Shown one piece after another: positions 1-9,421 of a stretch of DNA of 53,638 nt. The notes under the pieces are model-generated. The model did not search any database and was not told where the DNA came from. It saw only the letters and a list, made by a program, of their open reading frames with translations. Numbering within the stretch: position 1 is the stretch's first letter; each line of letters starts with the position of its first letter. This stretch comes from an uncultured Gammaproteobacteria bacterium. Its GTDB lineage: Bacteria; Patescibacteriota; Microgenomatia; Woykebacterales; RBG-16-39-9b. The position numbers were made by a program, and so were the translations under genes. The stretch is from NCBI GenBank assembly GCA_964360785.1, contig CAYHXX010000001.1, positions 204,549 to 258,186 on the forward strand, given 5' to 3'.

Positions 1-93
1 TTTATTTAACTTCTTGACCTGGAAGAAATCAATAGAAACAAAAATTAAGAGTAATATTGATAGACCGACAAGGAGTTGGGCAGGACGCTTCAT
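1..93 (-). CDS. Partial CDS (N-terminus only, runs off the window); secreted/membrane protein paralogous to 126..1472
   Basis: Hand translation MKRPAQLLVGLSILLLIFVSIDFFQVKKLNK closely matches the N-terminus of 126..1472 (AQLLVGLSILLLLLVSIDLF); not in the ORF track. Confidence 0.8.
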   Translation of the reverse strand, partial: MKRPAQLLVGLSILLLIFVSIDFFQVKKLNK

Positions 94-125
94 ACATTAA
101 TTTTATAGTTTATACTGACTCTTCG

Positions 126-1472
126 TCAAACAGTTGGTTTTGGTTGAGGCTGGGTAGTCGAAGATTTATGCATTTTTTTGATTGTATAAACCAACCCGCC
201 CAAACCAATCACTACCAAAAACCCAAGTAGCGCATAAATTAGCGTTAAGTTTGCACTTTTCAAAACACCCGAAACCGAAGCGGAAGCAGTGGCAAGAGTA
301 TTGGACAGGGCAGTCACTACCAGATTGTTGTCACCTTCCTCCAAAACTACTTCTTTTTCAAACGCCCCGCCAGTGGACACTTTCAGTTTTCCGAGATCTT
401 TATTGTTAAGTTTGGCCGAGACTGTTGCCGTTGGATCCGACACAGTTCCCTTGAGTGTTACTGTCTTTTCCGTTGTTTCAAAATTATTGGCCGGCTCGTT
501 AATACCTACAGTCGGAGCGGCGGTAAAAGTCGAAAACTTGGTAACGTCAAACGTTAAAACACCATTTTTGTATTTGATATTGGAAACTACAGATTTATCT
601 TCTTTACCATTATAGAGAACTCTCGGAGTCTTAACAAAACCCAAACCCTTCATGGTCAAAGTTGCTTTTTTGTTCAGGACTGGGAGATTGGTTGAGTCAA
701 TACTAATAACACCTTCCTGCTCAATTTTCACATATTTATCCAACTCCTTAAATTTATCTTTGGTCTCAGTTGCAGACAAATCAACTGTTTCGTTGAACTT
801 TATCGTCCCAACCGAAGTATCTAAAGTCAGACTTTCAACTTTTGCTGGATCAACAATAGCTGCTAGATTTGTACTCCCTCCCGTAGCAAATTCAATCGGT
901 AGGTTTACGTTTTTAATAGTCTCAACCGTTGACGTTGTGGTAGTTGTTTTTTTGGTTAAATTGCTTGAAGAAGATGTTACTGAGTTAGCTTCCTGTGCCG
1001 AAGTTAGGAGAACAGTAGGAATTGAGTAATCCGGATTCCTGTAGGGTATAGAGGTCGTCTTAGATTGGTAACCAGACTTGGTAATTGAAACAGTAACTTG
1101 ATCCGGATTTGTACCAGTCTGCAAGTTACAATCCAAACCATACTCATTTGGAGCAAAATATCCAACACCAAAAACCCACGAAGTAGTTGTAGCATCCGAA
1201 TAACAAACTGAAAAAGCGTCATGAGTTATAAGTTCAGCCCTAGCATCCGTTATGTAAGCACTAGTACTGCTATCTTTTATAAACATTTCCCAACAAGCTC
1301 CACAGCCCGACAAAACCTTTCCCACCTTATTCACCTTATCTACCAAATTACTTTTTTGTTGGGAAATATTTGGTTCTTTGTTTTTATCTTTGATAGCAAA
1401 AAGATCGATGGAAACAAGCAGTAAGAGCAGTATTGAAAGGCCGACAAGGAGTTGGGCATGTATTTTCTGCAT
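126..1472 (-). CDS. Surface protein with N-terminal signal/TM, Thr-rich linker, Ig-like domain and C-terminal membrane anchor
   Basis: 448 aa; hydrophobic N-terminus; VTLKGTVSDP...LEEGDNNLVVTA Ig-like (glucodextranase-B type) motif; C-terminal TM followed by a basic tail. Confidence 0.75.
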   Translation of the reverse strand: MQKIHAQLLVGLSILLLLLVSIDLFAIKDKNKEPNISQQKSNLVDKVNKVGKVLSGCGACWEMFIKDSSTSAYITDARAELITHDAFSVCYSDATTTSWVFGVGYFAPNEYGLDCNLQTGTNPDQVTVSITKSGYQSKTTSIPYRNPDYSIPTVLLTSAQEANSVTSSSSNLTKKTTTTTSTVETIKNVNLPIEFATGGSTNLAAIVDPAKVESLTLDTSVGTIKFNETVDLSATETKDKFKELDKYVKIEQEGVISIDSTNLPVLNKKATLTMKGLGFVKTPRVLYNGKEDKSVVSNIKYKNGVLTFDVTKFSTFTAAPTVGINEPANNFETTEKTVTLKGTVSDPTATVSAKLNNKDLGKLKVSTGGAFEKEVVLEEGDNNLVVTALSNTLATASASVSGVLKSANLTLIYALLGFLVVIGLGGLVYTIKKMHKSSTTQPQPKPTV

Positions 1473-1479
1473 CCATACT

Positions 1480-1530
1480 ATTAAATCCTATTTGGAATAG
1501 GTTGTCAATTTAGCTACTTTCGAGTACAAT
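1480..1530. promoter_or_regulatory. Overlapping divergent sigma70 promoters for 126..1472 and atpC
   Basis: + strand TTGTCA(1502)-17-TACAAT(1525); - strand TTGACA(1508)-17-TTTAAT(1485); ATGs lie 7-8 nt after the -10 boxes. Confidence 0.55.
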
Positions 1531-1538
1531 ATCTTGCG

Positions 1539-1949
1539 ATGTTAAGATTAGAAATCGTTACCCCAGAAGAAAAAGTTTATAGCGAAGAAGTCGACCAGGT
1601 CACTCTGCCAACTTCGACTGGTCAGATCACGATTCTCCCTCAACATTTGCCGGTTATCACCCAGATAGTACCGGGAGAAATCACTGTTAAAAAAGCTGGG
1701 AAAACTTCGCACCTGGTAACTGGGGAAGGGTTTGCCGAGATTACTCATACTAGTGTTTCGGTGATGACTGACCTAGCACAACAGAGTGAAAAAATCGATG
1801 AGAAAGCTGCGGAAGAAGCTCGAAAACGTGCTGAAGAAGCACTCAAGCAAAAACACACAATGAGTGAAGAAGAATTTGCCATGACCGCAGCCGCTCTCGA
1901 AAAAGCACTTGCATCACTCAAGGTGAAACGCCGTCACCGAAATATCTAA
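1539..1949 (+). CDS. atpC: F0F1 ATP synthase subunit epsilon
   Basis: LEIVTPE...LPTSTGQITILPQH, GFAEI beta-sandwich and C-terminal helical hairpin. Confidence 0.95.
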   Translation: MLRLEIVTPEEKVYSEEVDQVTLPTSTGQITILPQHLPVITQIVPGEITVKKAGKTSHLVTGEGFAEITHTSVSVMTDLAQQSEKIDEKAAEEARKRAEEALKQKHTMSEEEFAMTAAALEKALASLKVKRRHRNI

Positions 1950-2031
1950 ACTAAAAAAGGCGGGGCAGCTCCGAAACGATTGCTCGCAACGAAACCACCC
2001 CACGAATTAATGTCTGATCTCGCCCCGAATG

Positions 2032-2328
2032 CTAGCTCACTGGCAGACTGTGGATCTCGAACTCTGCTCCACAGTTGCCGACGAATGTGCAGAACGCGTC
2101 GAGGATTCGACAACCGTTCGCACCAATCCTCTTATCGTGACTCTTCAGTCTGGGGGTGTGGACGTGCTCGCTGTGACCCAGACGATTTGCCGGAGCCTTG
2201 ATGTACTTGACTCGACGCTCCGCCTCGGCCGTCTGAAACAGGAGACGACAGTCCCTCTGCTCCTGCAGGGTGGGTACCCTCTCCTCTACTACGGTCTGTG
2301 CTGTACCTAGCAACTCTGACTCCTTCAA
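2032..2328 (-). CDS. Small GC-rich hypothetical protein (start may be a downstream TTG)
   Basis: Own promoter TTGACC-17-TATAAT at ~2378-2406 (-), GGAG RBS-like sequence, hairpin plus T-tract downstream (~1953-2026); no recognisable domain. Confidence 0.45.
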   Translation of the reverse strand: MKESELLGTAQTVVEERVPTLQEQRDCRLLFQTAEAERRVKYIKAPANRLGHSEHVHTPRLKSHDKRIGANGCRILDAFCTFVGNCGAEFEIHSLPVS

Positions 2329-2454
2329 AGTTCACAAGACCCCTATCCGTTCAGGATCTTTCACCACATAGCTATACATTATAATTATTTTGTAAATTTC
2401 GGTCAAGTTCTGTAGTCATTGAACTGTTGGGCAGTTATAGGTATAATGATTGCC

Positions 2455-3303
2455 ATGGCTAGAAAATTCACCTCCACCCCAGCTTCTATTTGGGACAATG
2501 TTTCCCATGAATACGAGGAAACATCTTTTCACAGAAAAAATAATCTATATCCCGCCAATTCATTTCGTTATGAACTAATTTTGGAATTTCTAAAAACTAG
2601 AACCAAAGGAAAAATTCTCGACGCTGGCTGCGGGCCAGGACTGATGACAAGAACTTTGCAAAAAGAAGGTTGGGACGTTGTTGCTTGTGATTATTCAGAA
2701 GGAATGATCGAAACATCCAAGAAAAAAGCAAAAGAAGAAAACTTGCCTGATATCTATCAGCAACTTTCCCTGCAAGAACTAGGTAAATTAAACGAGAAGT
2801 TTGAAATCGTAATTCTCAATGGCGTACTGCCTTATATTTCCGAGGAAGAAGAGGAAAATGTTTTCGCTCAAATTAAAAAGGTTTTAAAACCGGGCGGTTT
2901 TCTGATCGCTTCTCACTACAATCTTTATTTTGATATTTTTGGTATGGACCGCTGGAGTGTCCCTGCAATAGTAGAAAATATCTTGGAACCAGCTGGTTTG
3001 CCAAAAGAAGAACTTCAAAAATCCGAAGAAAAGATTACCTCAGTTTTGAAAAACCCTGAACATGTTTTGGATGAAGAAAAAACCATGAAACTTGAGGATC
3101 CGATCGGCTATTGTGAAAAGTTAAAGCGGTTCGGGTTTGAGGAGTTTGACCAGGCCTACTACAATCTCTTTTACTTGCCAGCCAAATTTGAAGCTGACCA
3201 AAATCAAGCAGTTCGTGAAAAGTTGGAACGAAAGCTCCGTCGTGATCCCAAAGGCCTACTACTCTACCGAACTTTTGTTTCTTTCGCCAAGTTGCTTAGC
3301 TAG
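2455..3303 (+). CDS. Class I SAM-dependent methyltransferase
   Basis: ILDAGCGPG motif I, VACDYS, LKPGG; start set at ATG 2455, 7 nt after TATAAT (2442-2447). Confidence 0.9.
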   Translation: MARKFTSTPASIWDNVSHEYEETSFHRKNNLYPANSFRYELILEFLKTRTKGKILDAGCGPGLMTRTLQKEGWDVVACDYSEGMIETSKKKAKEENLPDIYQQLSLQELGKLNEKFEIVILNGVLPYISEEEEENVFAQIKKVLKPGGFLIASHYNLYFDIFGMDRWSVPAIVENILEPAGLPKEELQKSEEKITSVLKNPEHVLDEEKTMKLEDPIGYCEKLKRFGFEEFDQAYYNLFYLPAKFEADQNQAVREKLERKLRRDPKGLLLYRTFVSFAKLLS

Positions 3304-3852
3304 CTTTCCGATAGAATTAACTCCCCTGTCCTCTAATTGCTTACCCTTTTCCGCTTGCCAATTAACAACATATTTTTCCCAATTTGCCGCAACTTTTTTT
3401 CGCTCTTCTTCCGGAAAGAAATATAATACTTCTTCAATTCCTATTGGCCTAAACCCACCACCGCTGAGCAGTAGGTATGGGATCTCCTTGAGTAATTTTT
3501 TAGCTGCCTGAAAGTAAGCTAGCAATGTATGGGTACCATCGAAAAGAAGTAGCTTACCATTCGGAGCTATAATAAGTTTGATATTTGGCAATCCGTCTTT
3601 TTCCGTAATTTCCTCTCCCGAAACAATTTTTTGTCGCATTCGCTCAATCTGCTCCAAGTCTTTGATTCCTGAAAAGTTGTGAATCGGCAATATTTTCGAG
3701 ATTTCGTAGCTTCCAAAAGTGTTTTCAGCTGAAGTAGCGGCATTTTTCCAAACCGATTTTACTTGCTCCACCACCTTGTAGGGATTTATCTCTTCTGAAG
3801 AAATTATTGATGTACCAAGTTTTGGAATAGAGATTAGAATATCTTTTTTCAT
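3259..3852 (-). CDS. Hypothetical protein with ParB/sulfiredoxin-like motif
   Basis: PNIKLIIAPNGKLLLFDGTHTLLAY resembles the ParB/Srx 'IIDGHHR' core; 3' end overlaps the methyltransferase by 45 bp. Confidence 0.6.
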   Translation of the reverse strand: MKKDILISIPKLGTSIISSEEINPYKVVEQVKSVWKNAATSAENTFGSYEISKILPIHNFSGIKDLEQIERMRQKIVSGEEITEKDGLPNIKLIIAPNGKLLLFDGTHTLLAYFQAAKKLLKEIPYLLLSGGGFRPIGIEEVLYFFPEEERKKVAANWEKYVVNWQAEKGKQLEDRGVNSIGKLAKQLGERNKSSVE

Positions 3853-3973
3853 TAGTATTAGACAAATCTAGTTTTGAGCAAATTATACCAGGTTTCAGAC
3901 CAAGATTTACCAAATTTCAAAAGCTCCTATAAACAGCAGTGAAATATTTGTCCGATACTCATATAATTAGTCT

Positions 3974-4597
3974 ATGCTGAGACTTGCTTGGGGTATTGCA
4001 AAGATTCTTCTGGGAATAACTTCCATTGTTGCGGTTTTCGTCCAACTTATTTCCGATACGGCAAGAGCTGATTTTAGTATTATAAATTTCTTCAGTTATT
4101 TTACCTTTGAATGTAGTATTCTCGCTTCTATCACATTGATCATTTTCGCTATCTGTAATTTAAAGGATGTTACTTCCAGAATAATCGACTTAATACGCGG
4201 TGCAGTAGTTGTTTACATGATAATAACGGGAATAGTTTATTGGCTTTTGTTAGCTAATATTCCCGATACTACCGGCACTTCTGTATTCTGGGTTATTAGA
4301 TTTCTACACTACGTTCTTCCCACAGCCCTTGTTGTAGATTGGTTTCTTTGCCCCCCAAGCAAAGGACTCAGATACGGGGATGCTTTTTATTGGCTGGTTT
4401 TCCCGCTACTATATATAGGGTATAGTATCACTCGTGGATTGGTTTTAGACTGGTATCCATATTCTTTTCTTGACCCTAGTACTACCTCAATCACTGGGAT
4501 AGTTCAATATATTTTAGTTATCGGAGCAGGAGTAGTAGTACTATCACTAATCACAATACAGATTTCTCGAATTCGAAATAAAGATGATAACTGGTGA
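3974..4597 (+). CDS. Pr6Pr-family integral membrane protein
   Basis: FFSYFT, LHYVLP...DW and WYPYSFLD motifs; about 6 TM segments. Confidence 0.8.
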   Translation: MLRLAWGIAKILLGITSIVAVFVQLISDTARADFSIINFFSYFTFECSILASITLIIFAICNLKDVTSRIIDLIRGAVVVYMIITGIVYWLLLANIPDTTGTSVFWVIRFLHYVLPTALVVDWFLCPPSKGLRYGDAFYWLVFPLLYIGYSITRGLVLDWYPYSFLDPSTTSITGIVQYILVIGAGVVVLSLITIQISRIRNKDDNW

Positions 4598-4725
4598 CCC
4601 TAGCTTCTCTGCAAATAAACACTTTGGTTCAGGTTCTGAAGGAATGGAAGAATTTGGATATACTTGGTTCAACCGAACCTAAACTCCAATTTATGAATAA
4701 CTACCTAAGTTGAATAGAACTATAT

Positions 4726-5304
4726 TTACTGTGTACTTGGACTGCTATTTGTATTACCTGGGACACTTTGAGTGGTACCATCAGGCATTGGTCCTCTGAA
4801 ACTTGGGTTAATCATAACCTGGGATGCTGTTGCAGTATCAGAAGTATCCGTAATAATCAGAACAGTGTCTCCTGGTTTAATGTCTTCAACGGAAGCTTTT
4901 GAGCCATTATTAGTAATTTCAGTACTGTCCGTAATTTTAAAGGTTTGCGTTGAATTAGAGCGGCTATCTTGAATAGTAATACTATCACTAGAGACAGCTG
5001 TTACTTCTCCAATGTTTGGTCGTTGACCATTAGCAAATCCTCCTGGCCCACCGCCAAATCCCCCGGCTTCAGGACCGTTCCCCATATCTGGCAAAGCCGA
5101 CTGCTGATTACTGGAGACGCCTGCAACTTTATTCTGTTTGCCTTGTTGATAAGCAATACCTAATCCGAAACTTATACCACACAACACTAACAGCACAATC
5201 GCTGCAAGAACGTACTTGGCGTAGTTTTTGTTATCTGACAAGTTACCTTCCTTAGTAGAAACCATTTCTTCATATTCTGAAGGTGTTAATTCTTTGTTAG
5301 TCAT
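4726..5304 (-). CDS. Membrane-anchored DUF5666-like OB-fold protein
   Basis: One TM, Gly-rich linker, [13 protein letters not shown]...[10 protein letters not shown]. Confidence 0.7.
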   Translation of the reverse strand: MTNKELTPSEYEEMVSTKEGNLSDNKNYAKYVLAAIVLLVLCGISFGLGIAYQQGKQNKVAGVSSNQQSALPDMGNGPEAGGFGGGPGGFANGQRPNIGEVTAVSSDSITIQDSRSNSTQTFKITDSTEITNNGSKASVEDIKPGDTVLIITDTSDTATASQVMINPSFRGPMPDGTTQSVPGNTNSSPSTQ

Positions 5305-5978
5305 TACTTTGCCTCCTTTAATTTGCCGTCATATAACTCAAAAGTTTTATCAGTCTTTCCAGCTATACCCAAATCGTGGGTAACGGTGATAATTGTTGTA
5401 TTTTCGCTTCTTGCAAGTTCGTGCAGTAAATCAAAAATCATCTTGCCAGTTTGGCTATCAAGGTTACCTGTCGGTTCATCCGCTAGAATTAGCTTTGGTT
5501 TGTTCGCTAAAGCTCTGGCAATAGACACACGTTGTTGCTGACCGCCGCTTAATCTACCTGGCTTACGTTTTATCTGATCATCTGTAAGACCGACTTGGTG
5601 GAGGAGTTCTCGAGCACGAGACATCCTTTCTTTACTTGAAATTTTAGCGTATTCCATCGGTAACATAACATTTTCCAAAGCTGTTAAATTGGGTATAAGG
5701 TTATAGTTCTGGAATACAAAGCCAATTGTTTTGCAGCGGTAGTCAGTCAACTTATGGTCGCCCATAGCGACAATATTTTCACCATCAATTTTGATACTAC
5801 CTGAGGACGGTTTATCCAGAGCACCGAGCAAACTCAAGAGGGTACTTTTACCACTGCCGCTTTTACCCACTATTGAAACAAATTTACCTCCTGGGACCAC
5901 AAAGCTTACGTCACTGACTGCATTTACGGTGAAGTCACCTGATTTGAATGAACGTTTTACGTCTGTAACTTCTAACAT
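5304..5978 (-). CDS. ABC transporter ATP-binding protein (MacB/LolD-type)
   Basis: GKSGSGKST Walker [10 protein letters not shown] signature, [11 protein letters not shown]. Confidence 0.95.
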   Translation of the reverse strand: MLEVTDVKRSFKSGDFTVNAVSDVSFVVPGGKFVSIVGKSGSGKSTLLSLLGALDKPSSGSIKIDGENIVAMGDHKLTDYRCKTIGFVFQNYNLIPNLTALENVMLPMEYAKISSKERMSRARELLHQVGLTDDQIKRKPGRLSGGQQQRVSIARALANKPKLILADEPTGNLDSQTGKMIFDLLHELARSENTTIITVTHDLGIAGKTDKTFELYDGKLKEAK

Positions 5979-5987
5979 AGTGTCTCC

Positions 5988-7346
5988 TTATTCGGCCCTC
6001 ATTACTTCCGAAGGCCTAATTCTGCTAATAAAGTAAGCTGGTAAGGCACTACCGATAACTGCGATCAGGACAGCAGCCCCAGCTCCATAGACTAAAATCT
6101 CCCAGCCCACACTTGCCTGTATATTATGAATGTTAGTTAAGCTATTGTTACCAAAACCTCTAATCCCACTAATTCTAGGACCACCTTGCCCAGGTGTCTG
6201 TTGTGAACTCGATGTGCTGTTATTGACCAGTACTGTTGTGACTGGGTTAGCTGCTGCTATCCCTATAACCAACCCTACAGTTAACCCAAGCACCGTTAAG
6301 GTTATCGATTCGCAAACAAACTGCAACATAGTTTTGGAATTTGAAGAACCAATAGCTTTCATCACACCAATCTCACGTCTTCGTTCTCGTACAATCATCA
6401 TCATTGTCAACAAGATAATGACCGCACCAGCCACTAAAGCTCCAATAAGACTAAACATGGAGATGGTTTTAACATTTTCCAATGGTTCAATTGTTTGTTT
6501 TGCATTTTCCTGATTATTGGTAACATCAGCTTTATCACCAAGTTCCGCTTTAATAGCACTTACTGCGGTGTCTAGATTATCAACTGAGTCAATTGTGACT
6601 GTGGCATTTGTGACGGCACCGCTTTGTTCTGAAAGCCGTTGAAGCGCTGCTAATGGCAGCAGCAATCCAGCATTTGCAAAGGTATTACCTGCATCGTATA
6701 TGCCAACGACTTTTATAGTTTTATCGTAAGCGGTGAAGGTTGAGCCAACACTGAGATTATTTTTTTCAGCCAAGGCTTTGCCAACAGCTGCAACATCTTC
6801 GTCTTTGGTTGGGTCAAAGGCTTCTCCACTTGTAAACGTAACCGAGTCCCCTCCAAATACTGAAGCACTGGATACATTATTTGTACCAGTTACTATTACT
6901 GGAGGAGTAAAGGTACGTGTAACTTCTCCCTGGCCAGACCCACCATTTGTTCCTGAAGGAGGTTGGAAACCTACGCCCGAATTTCCAGCTTGGCGGTTAC
7001 CTAACGTACCTGGCTCGATTGCCGATGCCAAGTTGGTATTTTCAGTCGTCAACCGATCATTTAGGTTTTGAGTAACACCTATAACGTGGGCGATTGTCCC
7101 CACCTTATTAAGCTGGGCAACAGTAAGAGGTTCACCCCCACCTTGAAAGCCCTGAACTCCTGCAGGCGAGATGCTAACTGTATTGCCAATTGATGTTTTT
7201 ACGGATTGTATCTTATCTTCGACAGCTTGCCTGGCTACAAGCATTACCAGTGCCAAACCGATGCTCAAACCTAAGATTAAAACGATTGAGAAAGTTCTGA
7301 TTGAGTTGCGAAACGCATTACGTATACCACGGGAAATAACATTCAT
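5988..7346 (-). CDS. ABC transporter permease (MacB/FtsX-like)
   Basis: N-terminal TM, large extracytoplasmic domain, ERRREIGVMKAIG motif, LPA...P...R C-terminus. Confidence 0.92.
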   Translation of the reverse strand: MNVISRGIRNAFRNSIRTFSIVLILGLSIGLALVMLVARQAVEDKIQSVKTSIGNTVSISPAGVQGFQGGGEPLTVAQLNKVGTIAHVIGVTQNLNDRLTTENTNLASAIEPGTLGNRQAGNSGVGFQPPSGTNGGSGQGEVTRTFTPPVIVTGTNNVSSASVFGGDSVTFTSGEAFDPTKDEDVAAVGKALAEKNNLSVGSTFTAYDKTIKVVGIYDAGNTFANAGLLLPLAALQRLSEQSGAVTNATVTIDSVDNLDTAVSAIKAELGDKADVTNNQENAKQTIEPLENVKTISMFSLIGALVAGAVIILLTMMMIVRERRREIGVMKAIGSSNSKTMLQFVCESITLTVLGLTVGLVIGIAAANPVTTVLVNNSTSSSQQTPGQGGPRISGIRGFGNNSLTNIHNIQASVGWEILVYGAGAAVLIAVIGSALPAYFISRIRPSEVMRAE

Positions 7347-7380
7347 CTTTTTTCCTCCAATTTATCTAATATTAGTTTTT

Positions 7381-7413
7381 AGGTTAACAGCCCAATATTA
7401 AAGTTAGCTTAAA
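7381..7413 (-). promoter_or_regulatory. OmpR-family (CiaR-type) direct-repeat box plus -10 for the ABC operon
   Basis: - strand TTTAAG-ctaac-TTTAAT, 10 nt, TAACCT. Confidence 0.6.
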
Positions 7414-8429
7414 GGAAGTTTTAGGGTAAAGGTCGAACCTTTACCTGGGGTACTAGCGGCGATTATCTCACCGTTATGTTGGTCAATGATCTTTTTTGCC
7501 AAAGCTAAACCTATACCAAAACCTTCGACAGTGTGCTTACTTCTCGAGCTATCCGCACGGTAGAACCGATCAAAAATATGAGGAAGATGTACAGCCTTAA
7601 TACCGATACCTTCGTCTTTTACGCTGAGAAAAACAAACTTGGTGTCTTTTTCTGCCATTATCTGAATATTGCTACCTACTGGGCTATATTTAATCGCATT
7701 GTCTAGGACTATTGCTACTGCCTGACTGAGACAATCTTTATTTCCACTGATGCTGATCTTAGAAACTTGATCGTCTATTGTTATATTTTTTTCTAGGGCA
7801 GTATTGATGACTCTGTTTAGTGCGTCAGACACAACATCTGAAAGATCTATTTGGGCAAACTCAAGGTTCCCGTTGTCAATCTTAGCCAAGTTTAAGAGAT
7901 TGTCTGTTAACTCCCTTAACTTAGTTACTTCTTCCACATTGTGCTGAAAAACGTCTTTAGCAACAGAGGTAGAAACCTTACTTTTCCGCAGGGCTACCTC
8001 GTTGGTAGTCTGGAGAGCTGTCAATGGTGTCCGTAATTCGTGTGAGGCGTCACTAACAAACTGGCTTTGAGCCTCCATATTTTTTTCAATTGGTCGCAGT
8101 GTCTTGCGGGCCAAGTAATAACTAAATACACTGCCGCCTGCAAGAATTAATAAGTTTAAACCCACTAAACGAAGTAACAACTCTCGCCGACCTTCTTCAA
8201 TCCGTGCTCTAAAGAAATCTTCAATGGTTTGATTTGTACCTAATATTTCTTCTCGTGTACGAAGTTCAAAAACGTTCGGTGGTGGGAGCTGCCTGCCCAA
8301 CGCACTGTAGGAGGTGGTGTAAAAAACAAAGCTAAACCCAACACTCATTATCATAATGATGATCAGATATGAAATCGTGAGTTTACCCGTTGCGGTTTTT
8401 AAAAGCGAAGTCAATTTCTGAATGTTCAT
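7404..8429 (-). CDS. Sensor histidine kinase (CiaH-like, small sensor domain)
   Basis: 2 TM; FVSDASHELRTPL H-box; DNAIKYS; DEGIGI; GFGIGL. Confidence 0.95.
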   Translation of the reverse strand: MNIQKLTSLLKTATGKLTISYLIIIMIMSVGFSFVFYTTSYSALGRQLPPPNVFELRTREEILGTNQTIEDFFRARIEEGRRELLLRLVGLNLLILAGGSVFSYYLARKTLRPIEKNMEAQSQFVSDASHELRTPLTALQTTNEVALRKSKVSTSVAKDVFQHNVEEVTKLRELTDNLLNLAKIDNGNLEFAQIDLSDVVSDALNRVINTALEKNITIDDQVSKISISGNKDCLSQAVAIVLDNAIKYSPVGSNIQIMAEKDTKFVFLSVKDEGIGIKAVHLPHIFDRFYRADSSRSKHTVEGFGIGLALAKKIIDQHNGEIIAASTPGKGSTFTLKLPLS

Positions 8430-9097
8430 ACATCAACCTTGTAACCAAAACCCCTGACGGTTTGGATTAATTCTGGGCCTTTAAATGGCTTGTCGATTTT
8501 GTTTCTCAAGTAGGTAATAAAAACCTCAACGTTATTAGACAAAATATCTGAATCAAAATCCCATACGTGTGCGATAAGATTGTTTTTACTTAAAACTTTT
8601 CCTTGATTACGCATCATATATTCCAAAAGTGCATACTCCTTGCTGGATAACTTTATTTCCTTTCCCGCCCTTGTGACCTTATGGCTGTTAGTATCTATGG
8701 TTAAATCTTGTACCTGAAGAACGTTATTTATAGTTTCTTTCGGCCGTCGAAGTAAAGCTCTAATACGAGCCAGGAGCTCCTCGAACGAAAAAGGTTTTGC
8801 CAAGTAGTCATCTGCCCCAGAATCCAAGCCGTTTACTATATCTTTATTCTGGTCCTTTGCTGTAAGCATAATAACAGGGGTATGTGTACCATCTGTTCTT
8901 AGTTTCTTAACGACTTCGAATCCGTCCATTTTTGGCATCATTACATCCATAATTATTAGGTCATAGTCTTCCACAGATGCGAAGTTATAACCTTCTTCTC
9001 CATCGTAAGCAACATCTACAGCGTATGTTTCTTGCTCCAGACCTTCTTTAATTGCTTGAGCAATTCTGTGTTCGTCCTCAACAACTAATATTCGCAT
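8426..9097 (-). CDS. OmpR-family response regulator
   Basis: RILVVEDE, DVMMPKMDG, KPF, winged-helix TVRGFGY. Confidence 0.96.
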   Translation of the reverse strand: MRILVVEDEHRIAQAIKEGLEQETYAVDVAYDGEEGYNFASVEDYDLIIMDVMMPKMDGFEVVKKLRTDGTHTPVIMLTAKDQNKDIVNGLDSGADDYLAKPFSFEELLARIRALLRRPKETINNVLQVQDLTIDTNSHKVTRAGKEIKLSSKEYALLEYMMRNQGKVLSKNNLIAHVWDFDSDILSNNVEVFITYLRNKIDKPFKGPELIQTVRGFGYKVDV

Positions 9098-9103
9098 AGT
9101 TTT

Positions 9104-9137
9104 AGTTTACTTATTTTAACCTTAAAAATAGCTTAAA
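9104..9137 (-). promoter_or_regulatory. OmpR-family (CiaR-type) box plus -10; probable autoregulation
   Basis: - strand TTTAAG-ctatt-TTTAAG, 11 nt, TAAACT, 6 nt, ATG. Confidence 0.65.
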
Positions 9138-9173
9138 CAAGTGATTTTGAGGATTCGAAGGGGAGATATTGAG

Positions 9174-9191
9174 TTGGTGACCTCGGAGGGA
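9174..9191 (-). repeat. Copy of the tRNA-Glu 3' end (att-like)
   Basis: ttggtgacctcggaggga vs ttggtgacctcggcggga at 9299-9316 (17/18). Confidence 0.8.
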
Positions 9192-9299
9192 GACAGTCAC
9201 CTGTGGCGACAAATCGTTATGAAACGACCGAAACCAGAAGTTCGAACCAGTGGCCAAGAAATCACAAAAACAATTGGAGCTAAATTGTCCACTTGTCTT

Positions 9300-9376
9300 T
9301 GGTGACCTCGGCGGGATTCGAACCCGCGATCTGCTGAATGAGAATCAGCTATCCTAGACCACTAGACGACGAGGCC
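9300..9376 (-). tRNA. tRNA-Glu (CTC)
   Basis: GGCCTCG/CGAGGTC acceptor, GCTGA-TT-CTC-AT-TCAGC anticodon arm, GGTTCGAATCC, encoded CCA. Confidence 0.96.
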
Positions 9377-9421
9377 AAAATCTCTGTGATTTTAACACAA
9401 ATTTAGATTAGCCTCAAATAT

